Shown one piece after another: positions 10,501 to 21,600 of a stretch of DNA of 64,000 nucleotides. Source of the stretch: Perkinsela sp. CCAP 1560/9. Lineage: Eukaryota > Protista > Euglenozoa: Kinetoplastea. The stretch covers positions 62,001 through 126,000 of the forward strand of contig CBFFSA010000013.1 in assembly GCA_965644495.1 (NCBI GenBank), read 5' to 3'. The first letter of the stretch is position 1. The number at the start of each line of letters is the position of its first letter. The notes beneath the pieces are model-generated. The model worked only from the letters and a program-made list of their open reading frames with translations. It was not told the origin of the DNA and did no database searches. The position numbers and the translations under genes are program-made.

Positions 10501-11222
10501 TACATGTACCCCGCTTTGAACTTGCGCTTTACCTCCAGACTGGCGCTAATTTGCAGGTAAGAATCATACAAACTCTGTTCATTTCCCATGTTCTCCAGCA
10601 ACGTGGCAATGTCCCCCTCAAGAGTTTGATTGATTTCTTGAAGTTTTCTTTCTTTGCTCTGAATTAGATGTTCCGCAACACGCCGCCGGGCATCGAACAT
10701 TCTTGTTCCTGCGGCTTCTTCTATCCAACTTAGCACTTCACTTGGTTTCATGTTGAGCAGTTTATGCACTGTCCCCTGCATGACTAAGAAATGGGGATTA
10801 TCTACGTTCATTGAAACGCTGTGAAAAAATGCCTTGATCGTGCTTTGCTGCGCAACACGGCCATTGAGAAAAAACTTTTGCTTTCCTCCCGTCATGACTT
10901 GTCGAGCGACAGATATTTGAGGGAATTCGGTGGGTGGGTAAGCTGGAGGTGCTGTCTCTTGATCATCATTGGTAAATTCCAGCGTCACACTCGCGCGCTG
11001 TATTCCCGCGTTACCGTTTTTGTAAATCAAATCACGTGTGTCTTCTGCACGCACCTTTTTAAGATTCGTAATTCCCATGACAAAACATATCGCATCAAAC
11101 ACATTACTCTTTCCGCTGCCGTTCAAGCCGGTGATCGCGTTAAAATGAGGATCTAGATTGCTTAGTTCCTGGCGGTGCGCATAACTTTTGAAACCGTCAA
11201 GTACGATCGTTTTGAGTTTCAT
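7521..11222 (-). CDS. SMC2: Structural maintenance of chromosomes 2 (condensin)
   Basis: FNAITGLNGSGKSN Walker A, NPHFLVMQG, hinge, LSGGQRSL and YILDEVDAALDPSHTQNIG typical of SMC2. Confidence 0.97.
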   Translation of the reverse strand: MKLKTIVLDGFKSYAHRQELSNLDPHFNAITGLNGSGKSNVFDAICFVMGITNLKKVRAEDTRDLIYKNGNAGIQRASVTLEFTNDDQETAPPAYPPTEFPQISVARQVMTGGKQKFFLNGRVAQQSTIKAFFHSVSMNVDNPHFLVMQGTVHKLLNMKPSEVLSWIEEAAGTRMFDARRRVAEHLIQSKERKLQEINQTLEGDIATLLENMGNEQSLYDSYLQISASLEVKRKFKAGYMYWKNAHTIENSAARLIQCRNEVEDQRSLLSTVPARLAKLQHELQESEIQRQSNTVWSEYKETLRQASHQQHKVKGEISLLNKQRNKLHDAVRKLETELGKLEASAALSAQENDRVLSSFEKLRAEKAELEKRCEDLRASLQMARSGIQVGERGMTLLEESDFLEKEILQLNSTLSRLRHTQQRLAEELKTFETRQNASHDEHLSLTRQLETSKQAVADAEFAYKKQSGGADPSALTTLDNELQQLRTAREKLAHGIRGFAFPYDLPPDTDNAAGVRHHIYGRVGTLFRPRNPKQHSLALSAGAKDHLRKVVVRTGEIAQLLISTKATPERTTYLVLDKLQTPSIDVTRQQLAYDAAVEAKGWAKLASDLLQQSPESVLGSNSQSFTSQSAFACELSRVASFVFGRFFVCSSMEVARAIAFGPAKARAVTLHGDVAEPSGILSGGSAAGLRDVMGEFAAAIPELQKYANVENELRRIAETRKGVEQRMGKAEGSRMRWEEAVGQHRALEAQVSGLAGSAKGESSRGVEIRKQQEEAGRGVQENTEKLGEVKSALVGVKEKLQRGIDTKRAEREYAEKLAAAQDRRKEVQRELEKGQTGYETLQAQKAAQDARQEEVSRQRNELSQEATALEDETTTKQREHDTLRTQIAQTESQLQAEEERLRLVETKHQEITQTLQQTQEEEHTARRAMTTLEHEMKTMAKTVESAKSQNTELRTHHPWIESEKVHFGDTTTPFYFIDENRTAKTLETLAEEEHKLEHMSRRVNKKVTAVLEQSRKEYNDLVRRRDALVADKRIILRTIRAVEAKKWRSLDVMVDKVSSGFSKLFAACLPGASCRLVQQREASEGAKVSTRARTDKGSNSEPGVSTAGDGDATEPKEGGIQGRLTGLEVRVAFQGKEKETLTELSGGQRSLLALCLILAILRFRPAPVYILDEVDAALDPSHTQNIGKMLQRHFRDAQFLLVSLKDGMFANANVIFEIRNAQGFSEVMRKVNA

Positions 11223-11370
11223 AAACTAAACAAAAGGACAAAAATATTGAAAAGCGGAAAAGCATTCGGAAGGTGTTTTCAAATTAGTATTTCGAAATAG
11301 AGAATTCGAAATAGTACATGGCATCTTAATGCCGGATATGGATAAAAATAGCTATAAAAATTCATAATAG

Positions 11371-12042
11371 CTAATTTCCTTCATAATTTGGATGGAAACC
11401 ACTAATTTGAAACCGGTTTGTCCCCTGGAGCTCAATGACCCGTAAACCATTGGATAATTCGCAGAGATTAATTGTCCCTTCTAATTTATTATAAGAGATC
11501 CGAATGTCCTGTAGTGTTGGCGGAAGGTTTCGCAATGAGACTGTACCACTGAAGGAATTTGTGTGTAACCAAAGCATTCTTAATCCCACCGGTAGGTTTT
11601 CGAGGTGTAATTCCCCAGACAACATGTTTCGATGCAGAAACAACACAGTCAGTCTCATGGGCAATGAGGTAAAATCGACGTTCCGAATAAATGTGTTTCC
11701 TTCCAAGGATATAACTTGCAAGCAGTCCGCAAGAACATTTACTTCGACACTACCTCCAAGGAAATTCTCACTCATGTTTAGATGTCGAACACTCTCAGGA
11801 AGAAAAGACCAGGTAACGTTTCCGTGTAGTTGGAGATGATTCCATTCCAAATCAATTTGCTCTTCACGGCAGCTTACTCGATGCCAATTTCTTATTGGGT
11901 TAATTGTCTTCCAACTCGGGTGAGGATTTTCTATGTGTTGAATAAAAAAGAATAATTTTTCTTCCGGACTCTTACACACTGAACGCACTCTTCCAGGCCG
12001 AGACACCTTTGGATTCGTATCCACACTCTGGATGAAAAACAT
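11371..12042 (-). CDS. Leucine-rich repeat protein
   Basis: RPGRVRS..ENPHPSW cap plus LRRs. Confidence 0.85.
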   Translation of the reverse strand: MFFIQSVDTNPKVSRPGRVRSVCKSPEEKLFFFIQHIENPHPSWKTINPIRNWHRVSCREEQIDLEWNHLQLHGNVTWSFLPESVRHLNMSENFLGGSVEVNVLADCLQVISLEGNTFIRNVDFTSLPMRLTVLFLHRNMLSGELHLENLPVGLRMLWLHTNSFSGTVSLRNLPPTLQDIRISYNKLEGTINLCELSNGLRVIELQGTNRFQISGFHPNYEGN

Positions 12043-12481
12043 TTTGGTTCCTAAAGAGAAAGTTTATATGTCACGATAGAGAGATACTATGCACAAAATT
12101 TCTATTATTCGTTTTTTAAAATATTGTCAGTCCGTGGACGAAAGCGCCAACGTTCGTTCCCCACGAAAGGGTAGCAGATGAACATGAAATGTAACAAGTG
12201 TATGTTCAATACATAAGCATTGTAACCGTTAAAAAACAAAAAAAAATTTCTTGCGAGAGAATGATTTATGCCCATTATAGTTGCAAAAGCTGCACTGCGC
12301 GGAAATATGTACCAGTTATCGTCCTAGTGAGTATTTAAACTATTGTTCTCAATCCGCAATTCAGACGTAGAACCTTTTTCTACTCATAGAAACAGAAAAA
12401 TGGTTTTGCGTGCACAGCTACTTCTGCCGCCCATTCGTTGAGAAAACACAAGCCTCATGCAATCCCAACGTTTCTATCCAC

Positions 12482-13231
12482 TCACACCGTAAGTGCCGCA
12501 ATAGCCTGCTGCGCTGCAGTAACATCTGGACTTTCGTCTAACAGCAAACGGCGTACAAAAGGGAGCTGATCGGTTAACGTAGTTTGCAGTCGGCGACGCA
12601 GTGTGTTATTACACACAACATGACCATTTTCAGCCCGTACCTGCACCCCTCCCCATTCTTCCTCTAAGAGCCTCCCAGCTCCTAGAACAAGCCCGTTTTC
12701 GGAGGATGAACCCACCCCATCTGATGAGGAAAGCATATCGCGATTTACGACCTCAATTGCTTGCTGCACTACACTACGATCAGCTTCTCTGCATACCACC
12801 TCCCCGGCTTTCACTTCTAACTTTTGAAGTGACTCATGGATTAGGTGGACCAAAAGCTGGAGATGTTCATTGGACGAGGATGAGGTGAGAGCGTCAACAC
12901 GTTGTCGTACCTTTTCCTGAATCCGACGTAGTAAGTGGTCTCGAGACCATAACTCCGCCAGGGCGGCATCTCTGCGCTTTTGTGAGTGTGCTACTTGTTG
13001 TTCAATAGTAAAATGCCGGGTCTTCTTTTCAAACTCTGCGCGAATCCGGGTCTTTGCTTTCTCAACAAGTTCTTGCTTTTCCATTTCATATTCTTCCTCA
13101 GCCTGGTGAGCGATTTCGGCCTCTTTCTCGCGCGCCTCAGCGTCAATAAAGGCAACCATGTTACGAATCGATTTATCCTCGTCTTGATGTTTTATGTCCT
13201 CTTTTGAAGAGGAAGAACGCAGCAAAGGCAT
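12482..13231 (-). CDS. ATP6V1E: V-type ATPase subunit E
   Basis: MVAFIDAEAREKEAEI..AEEEYEMEK; CREAD; GGV...G.VVCNNTL..RL. Confidence 0.93.
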   Translation of the reverse strand: MPLLRSSSSKEDIKHQDEDKSIRNMVAFIDAEAREKEAEIAHQAEEEYEMEKQELVEKAKTRIRAEFEKKTRHFTIEQQVAHSQKRRDAALAELWSRDHLLRRIQEKVRQRVDALTSSSSNEHLQLLVHLIHESLQKLEVKAGEVVCREADRSVVQQAIEVVNRDMLSSSDGVGSSSENGLVLGAGRLLEEEWGGVQVRAENGHVVCNNTLRRRLQTTLTDQLPFVRRLLLDESPDVTAAQQAIAALTV

Positions 13232-13729
13232 ATCGTACAACGACGAAAAGATAAAAGAATTCTGATATTATACTCGTATTCATTATTATTACTAGATTGT
13301 TTTAGAGTTGAGCAACTGGTATTGTAACAAAGTCTTCAAATCTGACTCAATTAGCTAGAAATCACCCAATTCGTAAACAAGTTTGCTTAATGATAGCCCA
13401 TAGCACTATGACATTGTTGCAAAAACCGAAATAGAATTGTTAAACGAGTAAAAAGTCTCTAATCCGAACACTTTACATAAAAGAGAATAATTAAATGAAT
13501 GCGCGCTTATTCTTTTGTTGCCAAATTATTGAACACACAATAGAATTGAAAAACTACAATAGCAAACGAAACATTATCAAAGAAATCTTAGTTTTTTCGC
13601 ATATCGCGTGAATCAAAGCAATAACCATTGAAAACACATCAATAGATTCTTAAACCCAATGTCAAAAACATTTTTACGCCCGCTTTTTTCTATCCCTTAC
13701 CCTTACTTCCTCACCGCACTCCCCTTCGC

Positions 13730-15415
13730 CTACTCACTCCCCTCTTTCCCACTCTTTTCCTGGATCTCCGACGACCCTGCTGTCCCCTCCACTCCTCTCT
13801 CCCCCTGTCCCCCACGGGAACCTCCCCACGTCCCACCACGGCCCATCCCCCCACCTCGGCGAGGGGCTCCTCCGAACCCTCGGAACCCCCCACCCCCGCC
13901 CCGAAACCCCCCACTCGCTCCAGGAGCGAACTTGTCCACGGCCTTTTCAATATCCACCCGCTTCCCCCGGAGGACCAGCCCGGTGGCCTGAATCTCGCTA
14001 ATACGACTAATCGGGTCGTCGAAATTCACAAACGCAAAAGTGCGGTTCATGGTGGCGGTGTTGTTCCGCAGCGCGGTGACCACCACATGGGGACGGAGCA
14101 GCTCCCGTAGCTCCTCGTCGGTACACTGCACCGGGAGGTTTTTAAGAATCGCACAAAAGTGCTGCTCCCCACCCCGAGGGCCCACAGAGGGGCGAGCTGA
14201 GCCACTCCCCACGCCCTGCTCATTGGAGGACCCTACAGCCCCACTGGGTGCCGTAGCCGCCCCAGGGGTTCCTTGCATCCCCTTCTTACCCCCCTCCTTG
14301 GTCTTTTCTTTACTACTCATCTCCTCTGGGGGAGTGCTCGTTTTACGACTCACCCCCACGGGAGGCTGTTGTTGTTGTTGTTGTTGTGGTTCCTGCAGTT
14401 GCTGCTGTACTCGAGCAGCACCCCCGGCAGCCCCACTCCCCCCCTTCCCCCCTCCCCCCACCCCTCTCCCCTCGGGCTGTCCTTTTCGTACCGCCGCGGC
14501 GTACGAGGAGACCGCAGCGGAGGACACGGCAGAGCCCGTGGAGGTCTCCCCCTCTCGCGGACTCGCACGAAAATCACGAGACGACTCGGGGGCTCGTGTG
14601 GAGGAGACCGAGGCCGAGGCCGAGCCCCTCACGCCCTCCACCCCCCCCTCCCCCCCTCCCTCCATCTCACTCCACCGCACACCAGCGGAGGGTGCAGAAG
14701 CCGTCTCCTCCTTTGTGGAGATCACGGATGGGAGAGGGGACAGCCCGGGCGCTCCCTCCCCTTTCGGGGACTCCCCTTTGCGGGGCTCCGAGGCGGGGCT
14801 CTCGGGGCGCGAGGCCGGGGAGAGCCCCGGGGGGGGAGTCCCCCCCCCCACCCCCCCCGTCGGGGGAAACTCCCGCATGGGCTCCGGGTTGTCCTCCCGT
14901 CCCCCCCGAGCGGGCAGCCCGGTCACCGCGTGGCTTGTGGGAACCATCACGACATGGGAGCTGTCGTGTTTGCTGTAGAGCCGTAGGCAGTCGTTGGCGA
15001 TAAGGAAGTTGTTCCTCGAGGTCGTGGGCTGCAGCAGGAAGGTCTGGACGAACCGGCAGGTGGAGCTGGGGAGCAGGAAGTAGCCCCCGACCTGGATCAG
15101 GACGGTGTGGGAGAGGGAGGGCATGACGTCGAGATGGGCCACCATGAGCTTCGCCCGGAGCTGCTGCTCCGCAATGGAACGGAGCTGCTGGGCAATTTGG
15201 CCGACCCCGCTGGCATCGGGGCCTTGCTCCGCACCGGCAAGTTTGTTGAGGACTTCTCCGTGGGAGAACACCGCGTGGGGGGCGTATAGACTAAGGAGGG
15301 AGTTCGGGTCGGAAAGGTAGCGTTGATAGTAGACTTTGACGAAAGAGGGACCGATGGATTTGTCAATGGCGGCAACGGGGGCGACGGCGGCCGCAGGGGG
15401 TGTGTTCGTAGACAT
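13730..15415 (-). CDS. G3BP/Rasputin-like NTF2-RRM-RGG protein
   Basis: NTF2 (FVKVYY..RFVQTFLL..NDCLR), RRM (LKNLP, FAFVNF), C-terminal RGG box; start assumed at MSTNTPP. Confidence 0.85.
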   Translation of the reverse strand: MSTNTPPAAAVAPVAAIDKSIGPSFVKVYYQRYLSDPNSLLSLYAPHAVFSHGEVLNKLAGAEQGPDASGVGQIAQQLRSIAEQQLRAKLMVAHLDVMPSLSHTVLIQVGGYFLLPSSTCRFVQTFLLQPTTSRNNFLIANDCLRLYSKHDSSHVVMVPTSHAVTGLPARGGREDNPEPMREFPPTGGVGGGTPPPGLSPASRPESPASEPRKGESPKGEGAPGLSPLPSVISTKEETASAPSAGVRWSEMEGGGEGGVEGVRGSASASVSSTRAPESSRDFRASPREGETSTGSAVSSAAVSSYAAAVRKGQPEGRGVGGGGKGGSGAAGGAARVQQQLQEPQQQQQQQPPVGVSRKTSTPPEEMSSKEKTKEGGKKGMQGTPGAATAPSGAVGSSNEQGVGSGSARPSVGPRGGEQHFCAILKNLPVQCTDEELRELLRPHVVVTALRNNTATMNRTFAFVNFDDPISRISEIQATGLVLRGKRVDIEKAVDKFAPGASGGFRGGGGGFRGFGGAPRRGGGMGRGGTWGGSRGGQGERGVEGTAGSSEIQEKSGKEGSE

Positions 15416-15767
15416 CGTAGGAAGATCAGGAAGAGTGGAAGGAATAAAGCGGAAATATAGATTTCGTATGAATGTAATCAAAAAATAAGAAATACTGATG
15501 TTGCCGTTTTGCACGAGAAAGGAGTACAAAAACAGTAGAAAACAAGTGGCATAATGCAACGTGATATTCTGTTATGTAGGAATTCCTACATAACAGAAGA
15601 TTTTGTTGTAGACACAGCACGAATGATATTCTGAGAGCTATGAGTCTCAGTTTTGTTAAGTAACTTGACACGTACAACCTACTCACATTGATACGAAAAA
15701 ATTGCGTGCGTATGATTGTGGACAGTGATCGCTGTGGTGAAAGCGTGAAGTAGAGTCCCTGAGGCTA

Positions 15768-16550
15768 TTATTCCTTTACTAATACTCGTGTCCCCATAAC
15801 GCTAAGAACTTGCAAATTGTGTGGAAAACTGGACTTTTGCAGGACGCCATAAAGTTCGGCGTTCCCTTCCAGCCATAGCGATTCTAAACCCAGAGAATAT
15901 CCATCCAATGGAACTAATGCATCAAAGCTGTTGTTGCTTAAATTCAAATGCACTAACGACGCGGGTATATGTCGTAGATCGATAAGCCCCGTGAATCGGT
16001 TATTTCCTAAGCGGAGATACTCTATACGCTCTGGTAAGCTATCAAGTACGATGCTCCCCGAAAATCTGTTATTGCCCAGAGCTAGAAATACCATCTTCGG
16101 GGGAAGACAACTTAAATCTGCGTTTCCTTCAAGTCTATTGCATGCAACTGAAATTTTTTCTATTGACTGCGGTAAGTGTTGTAAAATAAACTCCCCGGTG
16201 AAGGAGTTCCCTACAAGATTCATATGCATCAATTGTGCCGGTAGTACATGGAGGCACACCGATCCCGTAAGTTTGTTCCGTGGAATGACAAGCCCAGTTA
16301 CTGTTCTTGGTAACGAGTTCCACCGTAATGCTCCTGAAAGCATTCTTTTTTTCCAATCAATGTCCGTCACATGCCTTCCATCTTCACAAATAACACCGTC
16401 CCACTCACATGCCGCGATAGATGTGTTCCATGATGGATGTGGATTCTTGATGTCTGAAATTAATCGTGCAAGTTCGTATTCTTGTGGCAGGCTTGCTCCT
16501 CTAACTTTTGCAGCTCGTTGATATTGTAGGTTTGCATCTGTAATATTCAT
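15768..16550 (-). CDS. Leucine-rich repeat protein
   Basis: RAAKVRGASLPQEYELARL..NPHPSW..ACEWDGVIC cap plus LRRs. Confidence 0.88.
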   Translation of the reverse strand: MNITDANLQYQRAAKVRGASLPQEYELARLISDIKNPHPSWNTSIAACEWDGVICEDGRHVTDIDWKKRMLSGALRWNSLPRTVTGLVIPRNKLTGSVCLHVLPAQLMHMNLVGNSFTGEFILQHLPQSIEKISVACNRLEGNADLSCLPPKMVFLALGNNRFSGSIVLDSLPERIEYLRLGNNRFTGLIDLRHIPASLVHLNLSNNSFDALVPLDGYSLGLESLWLEGNAELYGVLQKSSFPHNLQVLSVMGTRVLVKE

Positions 16551-16779
16551 TATGGAAGAAACAATGAAGAAACAACACTGTCCATTACATTGTAATGACC
16601 GTCTAACGATACACTACCAAATATGATATTGTATGAAAAAGTAGTCTTTGTTATTAACTCTAGAAACCAGTTAGTTTCTTTTTACGATACGTCATTGAGC
16701 GTGTTTCTTTGAACTTACCAAATCTAGAGTTACTCAGCCTTGCTGCAATAGGAACTCTTACACATTGCAGAAGTATAGT

Positions 16780-17382
16780 TTAGCTTGGCTCACACTGTAT
16801 TATAGTCTGTGAAACGCAAAATTTACCTCGTTTCAACAGCTGTGGAGGAAGGAGCTCCTTGCGAAACACACCGCACAGCTCTGCATTTCGTGATAAGCTG
16901 AAAAATTTCAATGTCACGGGAAGCGCATTTAGCGCCACCTCACCAGACAGGTTATTGCTGCATAGGTTGAGCCATTCTATTGTATGTGGTAAATCAGTAA
17001 GGTTCAGGGTCCCGGAAAATTCATTGTAGCTGCCGTTCAATCGCTCGAGTTTGCGCGAGAGGTGCTCAATTGTTACTTGACCATTAAATATGTTGTCATA
17101 GAGATGTAGCTGCACTACCGACGTGGGAAGATAAATCCAACTCAGCTCACCACGCAGCATATTTGCAATCAAATTAATGGATATTGCCTCCTGGGCTTCA
17201 TTGCATTTAATACCATCCCATAGGCAAGCCGTTATATTCGTATTCCATGAAGGAAAAGGATTTTCAATCCCTTGTAAAAAACGTGCAAGTGCGTATTCCA
17301 CTGGCAAGTCAGCCCTTGTCTTCCCTAAACGGGTACTACAATCAGCAGAGTGAAAAGCAGCAGAGTGAAAATTAACTATCAT
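16780..17382 (-). CDS. Leucine-rich repeat protein
   Basis: RLGKTRADLPVEYALARF..NPFPSW..ACLWDGIKC cap plus LRRs; start uncertain. Confidence 0.85.
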   Translation of the reverse strand: MIVNFHSAAFHSADCSTRLGKTRADLPVEYALARFLQGIENPFPSWNTNITACLWDGIKCNEAQEAISINLIANMLRGELSWIYLPTSVVQLHLYDNIFNGQVTIEHLSRKLERLNGSYNEFSGTLNLTDLPHTIEWLNLCSNNLSGEVALNALPVTLKFFSLSRNAELCGVFRKELLPPQLLKRGKFCVSQTIIQCEPS

Positions 17383-17657
17383 GATTGTTAAGTTACAATG
17401 ATTATTATAAGATCTGATAGATAGTGTTACAAATGCTACTTTACATTGCTCGAGAAAGTAATCAACATTAACGGAAGGGCAAGTAGAAATTACTCGCTTT
17501 ATCATTGTCAGAGGTAAAAAAATAGAGATAGAAATTATGCGACACAATAGAAACATTCCTTCCCGAGAAACTTGAACAATATTTCCAATTAATAAGCGAA
17601 TCGAATAGAAAACAAAAAAGTTATTATGTCACCATGCACGATAAAAGGCAAAAAACG

Positions 17658-18332
17658 TTATTTCCTACTGTGCTTTCGCTTTTTGTTTGTAAATTTCTTT
17701 TTTCTTTTGGACGTTTTAGTTTTATCCTTTCGTTGCCTGCCTTTTTTCTTTGCATCATCAAAATATCGATCCATATTGAACTCACTCTCGTCTCCCCCCA
17801 TTGCTTTCCATTTTTTCGCATCCTTTTTCGCCGCATGAAGGGAAACAGTTAAATTTCGTTTGCCTTGCTGGGCCTGTTTAGCTTGAGTGTCTTTGGTTTG
17901 CTTGTGGAACTTCTTTTGCTTTCTTCGCTCACGACGTTGGGCTCGCAGTAAAATCTCCTGCTTGTTTTTCTGAATATGGTCTTTGATTCTCGACATGTGT
18001 GCATCACCTTTCACCATTTCGGCGTAGAAATCCTTCGGGCGCTGCCATTTGATTCCCAAAGCATCGAGTTTGCGAATGCCCTCTTGAACACTTGCAGCAG
18101 CATGAGCTTGAAAAGCACGTTCACGAACCGGATCATCGTCTCTTGCGGTCAATGGTAAAGATAATGATTGAGAAGCAAATACTGTCATTCGTTCCAACCA
18201 AGCGGAAGGCTCCTTCGTTGCAATGCAGTGGGGTGTATGTGACGGGGATACATCCTTTGAGGGGGTGGACTCTGCGGCATCCACAGTTGTGTCTTTCGAT
18301 TTCACAGACTCGTACCTGGATATCAAAGGCAT
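17658..18332 (-). CDS. EBP2: rRNA processing protein EBP2
   Basis: DDPVRERAF..A; RPKDFYAEMVKGDAHMSRIK. Confidence 0.92.
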   Translation of the reverse strand: MPLISRYESVKSKDTTVDAAESTPSKDVSPSHTPHCIATKEPSAWLERMTVFASQSLSLPLTARDDDPVRERAFQAHAAASVQEGIRKLDALGIKWQRPKDFYAEMVKGDAHMSRIKDHIQKNKQEILLRAQRRERRKQKKFHKQTKDTQAKQAQQGKRNLTVSLHAAKKDAKKWKAMGGDESEFNMDRYFDDAKKKGRQRKDKTKTSKRKKKFTNKKRKHSRK

Positions 18333-18979
18333 TGAGAAAGATGTACAAAATTTTTCGTAGTATAGAAAATGATGGCTGCAACAACTGTCCCGCAATATCC
18401 ATGTCAATACTTTGCATAATATCGAGACTACAGGGAACAAATATTTCAACAACCCAGAAGACCACTTTTACAATAACAATTAAAGGATTTCTTTCACCGG
18501 TATTAGTGATCTAAATCTACTGTAGTGTCTTCGTTTGGCGATAAATGGGAGCAATTCAAGCTCATGTCAGGTGTGAATTTTTTTATAGTCTACGTCGAAT
18601 TGGCGTGCCGTGAGAACAACAATATCGTTTTTGTAATTGGCCCGTTTACGGAAAGCAACATTCAATGTTGTTTTCCTCCGAAAAAGTGACAGTTTTTAGG
18701 AGTACTCGCTTATTTCATTTCGGTAACGCATGGTACTACTACAACAGTTTCATGGCTGCACAACAAAGTACGTCATGCAAGATCATCGATCGATATATTT
18801 CCGCTTTGATAGGGCAACCTTTCGAGCCAATAAAAACACTGACTCATAAGGATTACAAGATCCCGCATTCTTTCCTTCCCCATCTCACAAAAACTGTGCC
18901 TAGAACGGGCACCCCAGAAACAGACATCCTGACCCGATTCTCCGATCCCATCGCGGCTACCTCACTCCCCCGCACCCTC

Positions 18980-20371
18980 CTAGCACATCTCCTGCGTACT
19001 CGCGCCGTCCCCAAAATGGGCCGAGGACCGCGGAGGGCTCTCCCCCGGGGTGTTCCAGAACCGCTGCACCCCCGTCGCCTCCTTCATCTTCCGAAGCGTG
19101 AACGTGTCCCCGCCCCCTGCCTGGTACGCCAGATGGTGCAACGTGGACTCCCGCTCCGGGGTCTCCCCCTCATCATGAATATCACTCACCCGCATCTTGC
19201 CCCGTTTCGAGAGCACCGCAATCCCGCGCTCCGCTTGGGTCGTGTTCCGCTCCGGGGGGTACAGCCACTTCTCCAGTACCGTCGGGGCGCGTGATTTATG
19301 GGGCGGGGGGACATCAATATCCGAGCGTCTCGCAAAGTACTTAAACCCCTTCGGGAGCCACCCGCCGTAGAGTTTCATTTTACGCTCCTTGGAGAGGGTA
19401 GCGCCTTTGTCTTGAAACGTCCACGCGGTGCCGTTCTCCAGCGCGTCGAGGTAATCCACAGCGGCCCGGGCATGGAGACCGTGGGCGGTGGGATCGTTAA
19501 GGGGATCGGAGAGCTCATGGTAGGCTTCCGTGACCCGGGCGCGTTGGGCAGAGGCCAGGGTAGAGGGCGTGGGGTGCACCACCTCATGACGGACGTCACA
19601 GGAACGCGCGTTAAACGGGTAAAGATGCATTTTAATCTCATCGTAGTCCGCGGAGAGGGGCCCGGAGCGGTGTCCGGCGTTTTGGATACGGTCACACTCC
19701 CGGCGAAGGAAGCCGAGAAAGCGTGAAAAGACGGGAAAGCCTTCGTCTGCCGTTCCAAATTTCGACATGGTGAGGAGTACGGGGCGTTTGCGAAAAAGAA
19801 GTCGCGCGGCTTGTTTGGCTTTGCATTGCATGTGGAAGTCCAGGGTGCTTCCTTTGAAGGAAATGACAAACGCCTCGCGGAACGCGCGGGGACTCTCGTT
19901 GGTTTCTTCCTGATTTACCGCAATCAAGGCATCACTCACACCGTCCCGGATTTCACAAATGTGGGTGTGATCGGACACATTCTTGCCCATCGGCTTAGAC
20001 ATCTTACTTACGAGATCCATCCCAGCATCCCGAGCAAGCTGAATACCCTCTCGTAGAGAACACTCGATCGGGGGCAAGAGCGGCAACATGCCGCCTGTCT
20101 CATTCTTCTGCAGTCCCACTATTTGAACTTTGTTGGAACGAATGTGATGGTTGTGAGGTTGCAGCCCCGTGCATCTCATATACGACATAGTGTCCTTTGC
20201 GGTGCTATCACGGTGACGAGGGGGGCAATAATCCAGCGGGTTAATGCGTAAGCACTCAACGGCATTTTTTTCTGCGGTTGAAAGCAGCGATTGAGATTCC
20301 GCCTCAACGGCATCTAACGCTTCAGCACCAAGAAAAGTGGAAGTGAGACAACGAGTAGAGTAGCGAATCAT
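18980..20371 (-). CDS. Mitochondrial translation initiation factor IF3-like protein with long C-terminal extension
   Basis: IF3-N-like NHHIRSNKVQIV...SLREGIQLARDAGMDLV and IF3-C-like ISFKGSTLDFHMQCKAKQAARLL; transit-like MIRYSTRCL. Confidence 0.7.
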   Translation of the reverse strand: MIRYSTRCLTSTFLGAEALDAVEAESQSLLSTAEKNAVECLRINPLDYCPPRHRDSTAKDTMSYMRCTGLQPHNHHIRSNKVQIVGLQKNETGGMLPLLPPIECSLREGIQLARDAGMDLVSKMSKPMGKNVSDHTHICEIRDGVSDALIAVNQEETNESPRAFREAFVISFKGSTLDFHMQCKAKQAARLLFRKRPVLLTMSKFGTADEGFPVFSRFLGFLRRECDRIQNAGHRSGPLSADYDEIKMHLYPFNARSCDVRHEVVHPTPSTLASAQRARVTEAYHELSDPLNDPTAHGLHARAAVDYLDALENGTAWTFQDKGATLSKERKMKLYGGWLPKGFKYFARRSDIDVPPPHKSRAPTVLEKWLYPPERNTTQAERGIAVLSKRGKMRVSDIHDEGETPERESTLHHLAYQAGGGDTFTLRKMKEATGVQRFWNTPGESPPRSSAHFGDGASTQEMC

Positions 20372-20689
20372 CGACGACGAAAAATAAAGCTAATAAAAAA
20401 ATATGCAGCCACTGTACCAAGATGAAATACTAAGATGAATAAATTGTAACTGTTAGCAACGAAGAACAGATATCGGTTTTGTAACCATATTTCGTGCAAA
20501 CAATTTTCAACTGTGTTTTTATACTGCATCTTGGGTGTTTATCGTTTTACGTAACTAAGAGGGTTGAAACCTATGAAAGGCAAAACCTGGCAAAATCAGC
20601 ATATTCCTCATTGAGGTGGCGAAGAAAAGTACCTTGTCAAAATTAGTGAAGAACATACTTGGTCTCCATCGTGCGCTGCAAAACATTTT

Positions 20690-20925
20690 TTGCGCCACAA
20701 AAAATGAAAATTGTGAAAAAATTATTTTTCGAAATAAACCCCCAGAAGGGGTAGCCGAGGTCTTGGCGCACATTTTCCACCCCTGTACTCGGGGACGACG
20801 CCCCCTGGTATCAACAGGACGGGGCCGCCGAGTTCGGTTTTTTCTGAAAAGAAAATTGAAAAAGTCAACTTGGCGAAAAATATGGCTTAAAAAATAGTTT
20901 TTCAAAATCGTTTCACCTATCATAG
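20690..20925 (-). mobile_element. HINE-like element internal fragment
   Basis: GGGTAGCCGAGGTCTTGGCGCACATTTTCCACCCC and TCAACTTGGCGAAAAA as in the 31380-31560 copy. Confidence 0.55.
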
Positions 20926-21539
20926 CTTGGACTAGTAAACTAGCAATTACTAAAAGTAGTAAACAGGATAGTAATTACTAAAGTTACTACTTTTTTGGTC
21001 ACTTACTTTTGTTCAGATTTAGGTCACATGTTAAGCTTTGGAAGAGCCCTACTTTTCAGAAACGGTATCCTTATCGTTGTGGAGACTGGATGTCACCATC
21101 CTCCATTTCCAATATTGCTTCTTCCTCTACGAGGGCGAGGAGAATCCTGGTCAACGCATTTTCCGCGTTAACCGCTATTGGTGTCGGAGTGGTTTCCAGT
21201 CTCTCCATTACGGCGGCCGACTACTACTACTACCGATATGCAGAACATGACTCTCCCTTTGACGGACGAAGGAATAATCCGATATATTTCCCAACTCAAG
21301 GCTTCCATCCAAACGAAACTGACGTAGATGAAATATTCTATAGCAGTATTGCGCAGACTGGATATCCCCACGCGGCAATCCCGGATGTACGTCAAAACAT
21401 TGATACGGAATTTCCGCCACGTTTCGCCGCCTTCTTTCGTCCCCGCTTCCCCAGCCCTTCTTCGTCCCCACAGTCGCCGTCCTCTTCCCCGTCCCCTTGT
21501 GTGGAGCTGCCCGGTGTCAGCAAAACAAGACGCCAAGAA

Positions 21540-21600
21540 ACTAGGGTAAGCTAGGGTAAACTAACTAAGGGTAAACTAGGGTAACTAAGAAACTAGGAAG
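21540..21600 (+). repeat. Degenerate CTAGGGTAA telomere-like repeats
   Basis: ctagggtaag ctagggtaaa ctaactaagg gtaaactagg gtaactaag. Confidence 0.55.

Noticed and set aside
14040-15003. Long plus-strand ORFs opposite G3BP (similar ones lie opposite SMC2, KREPA and LRR genes)
   Set aside because: They are antisense shadows in GC-rich islands and have no domain signatures.
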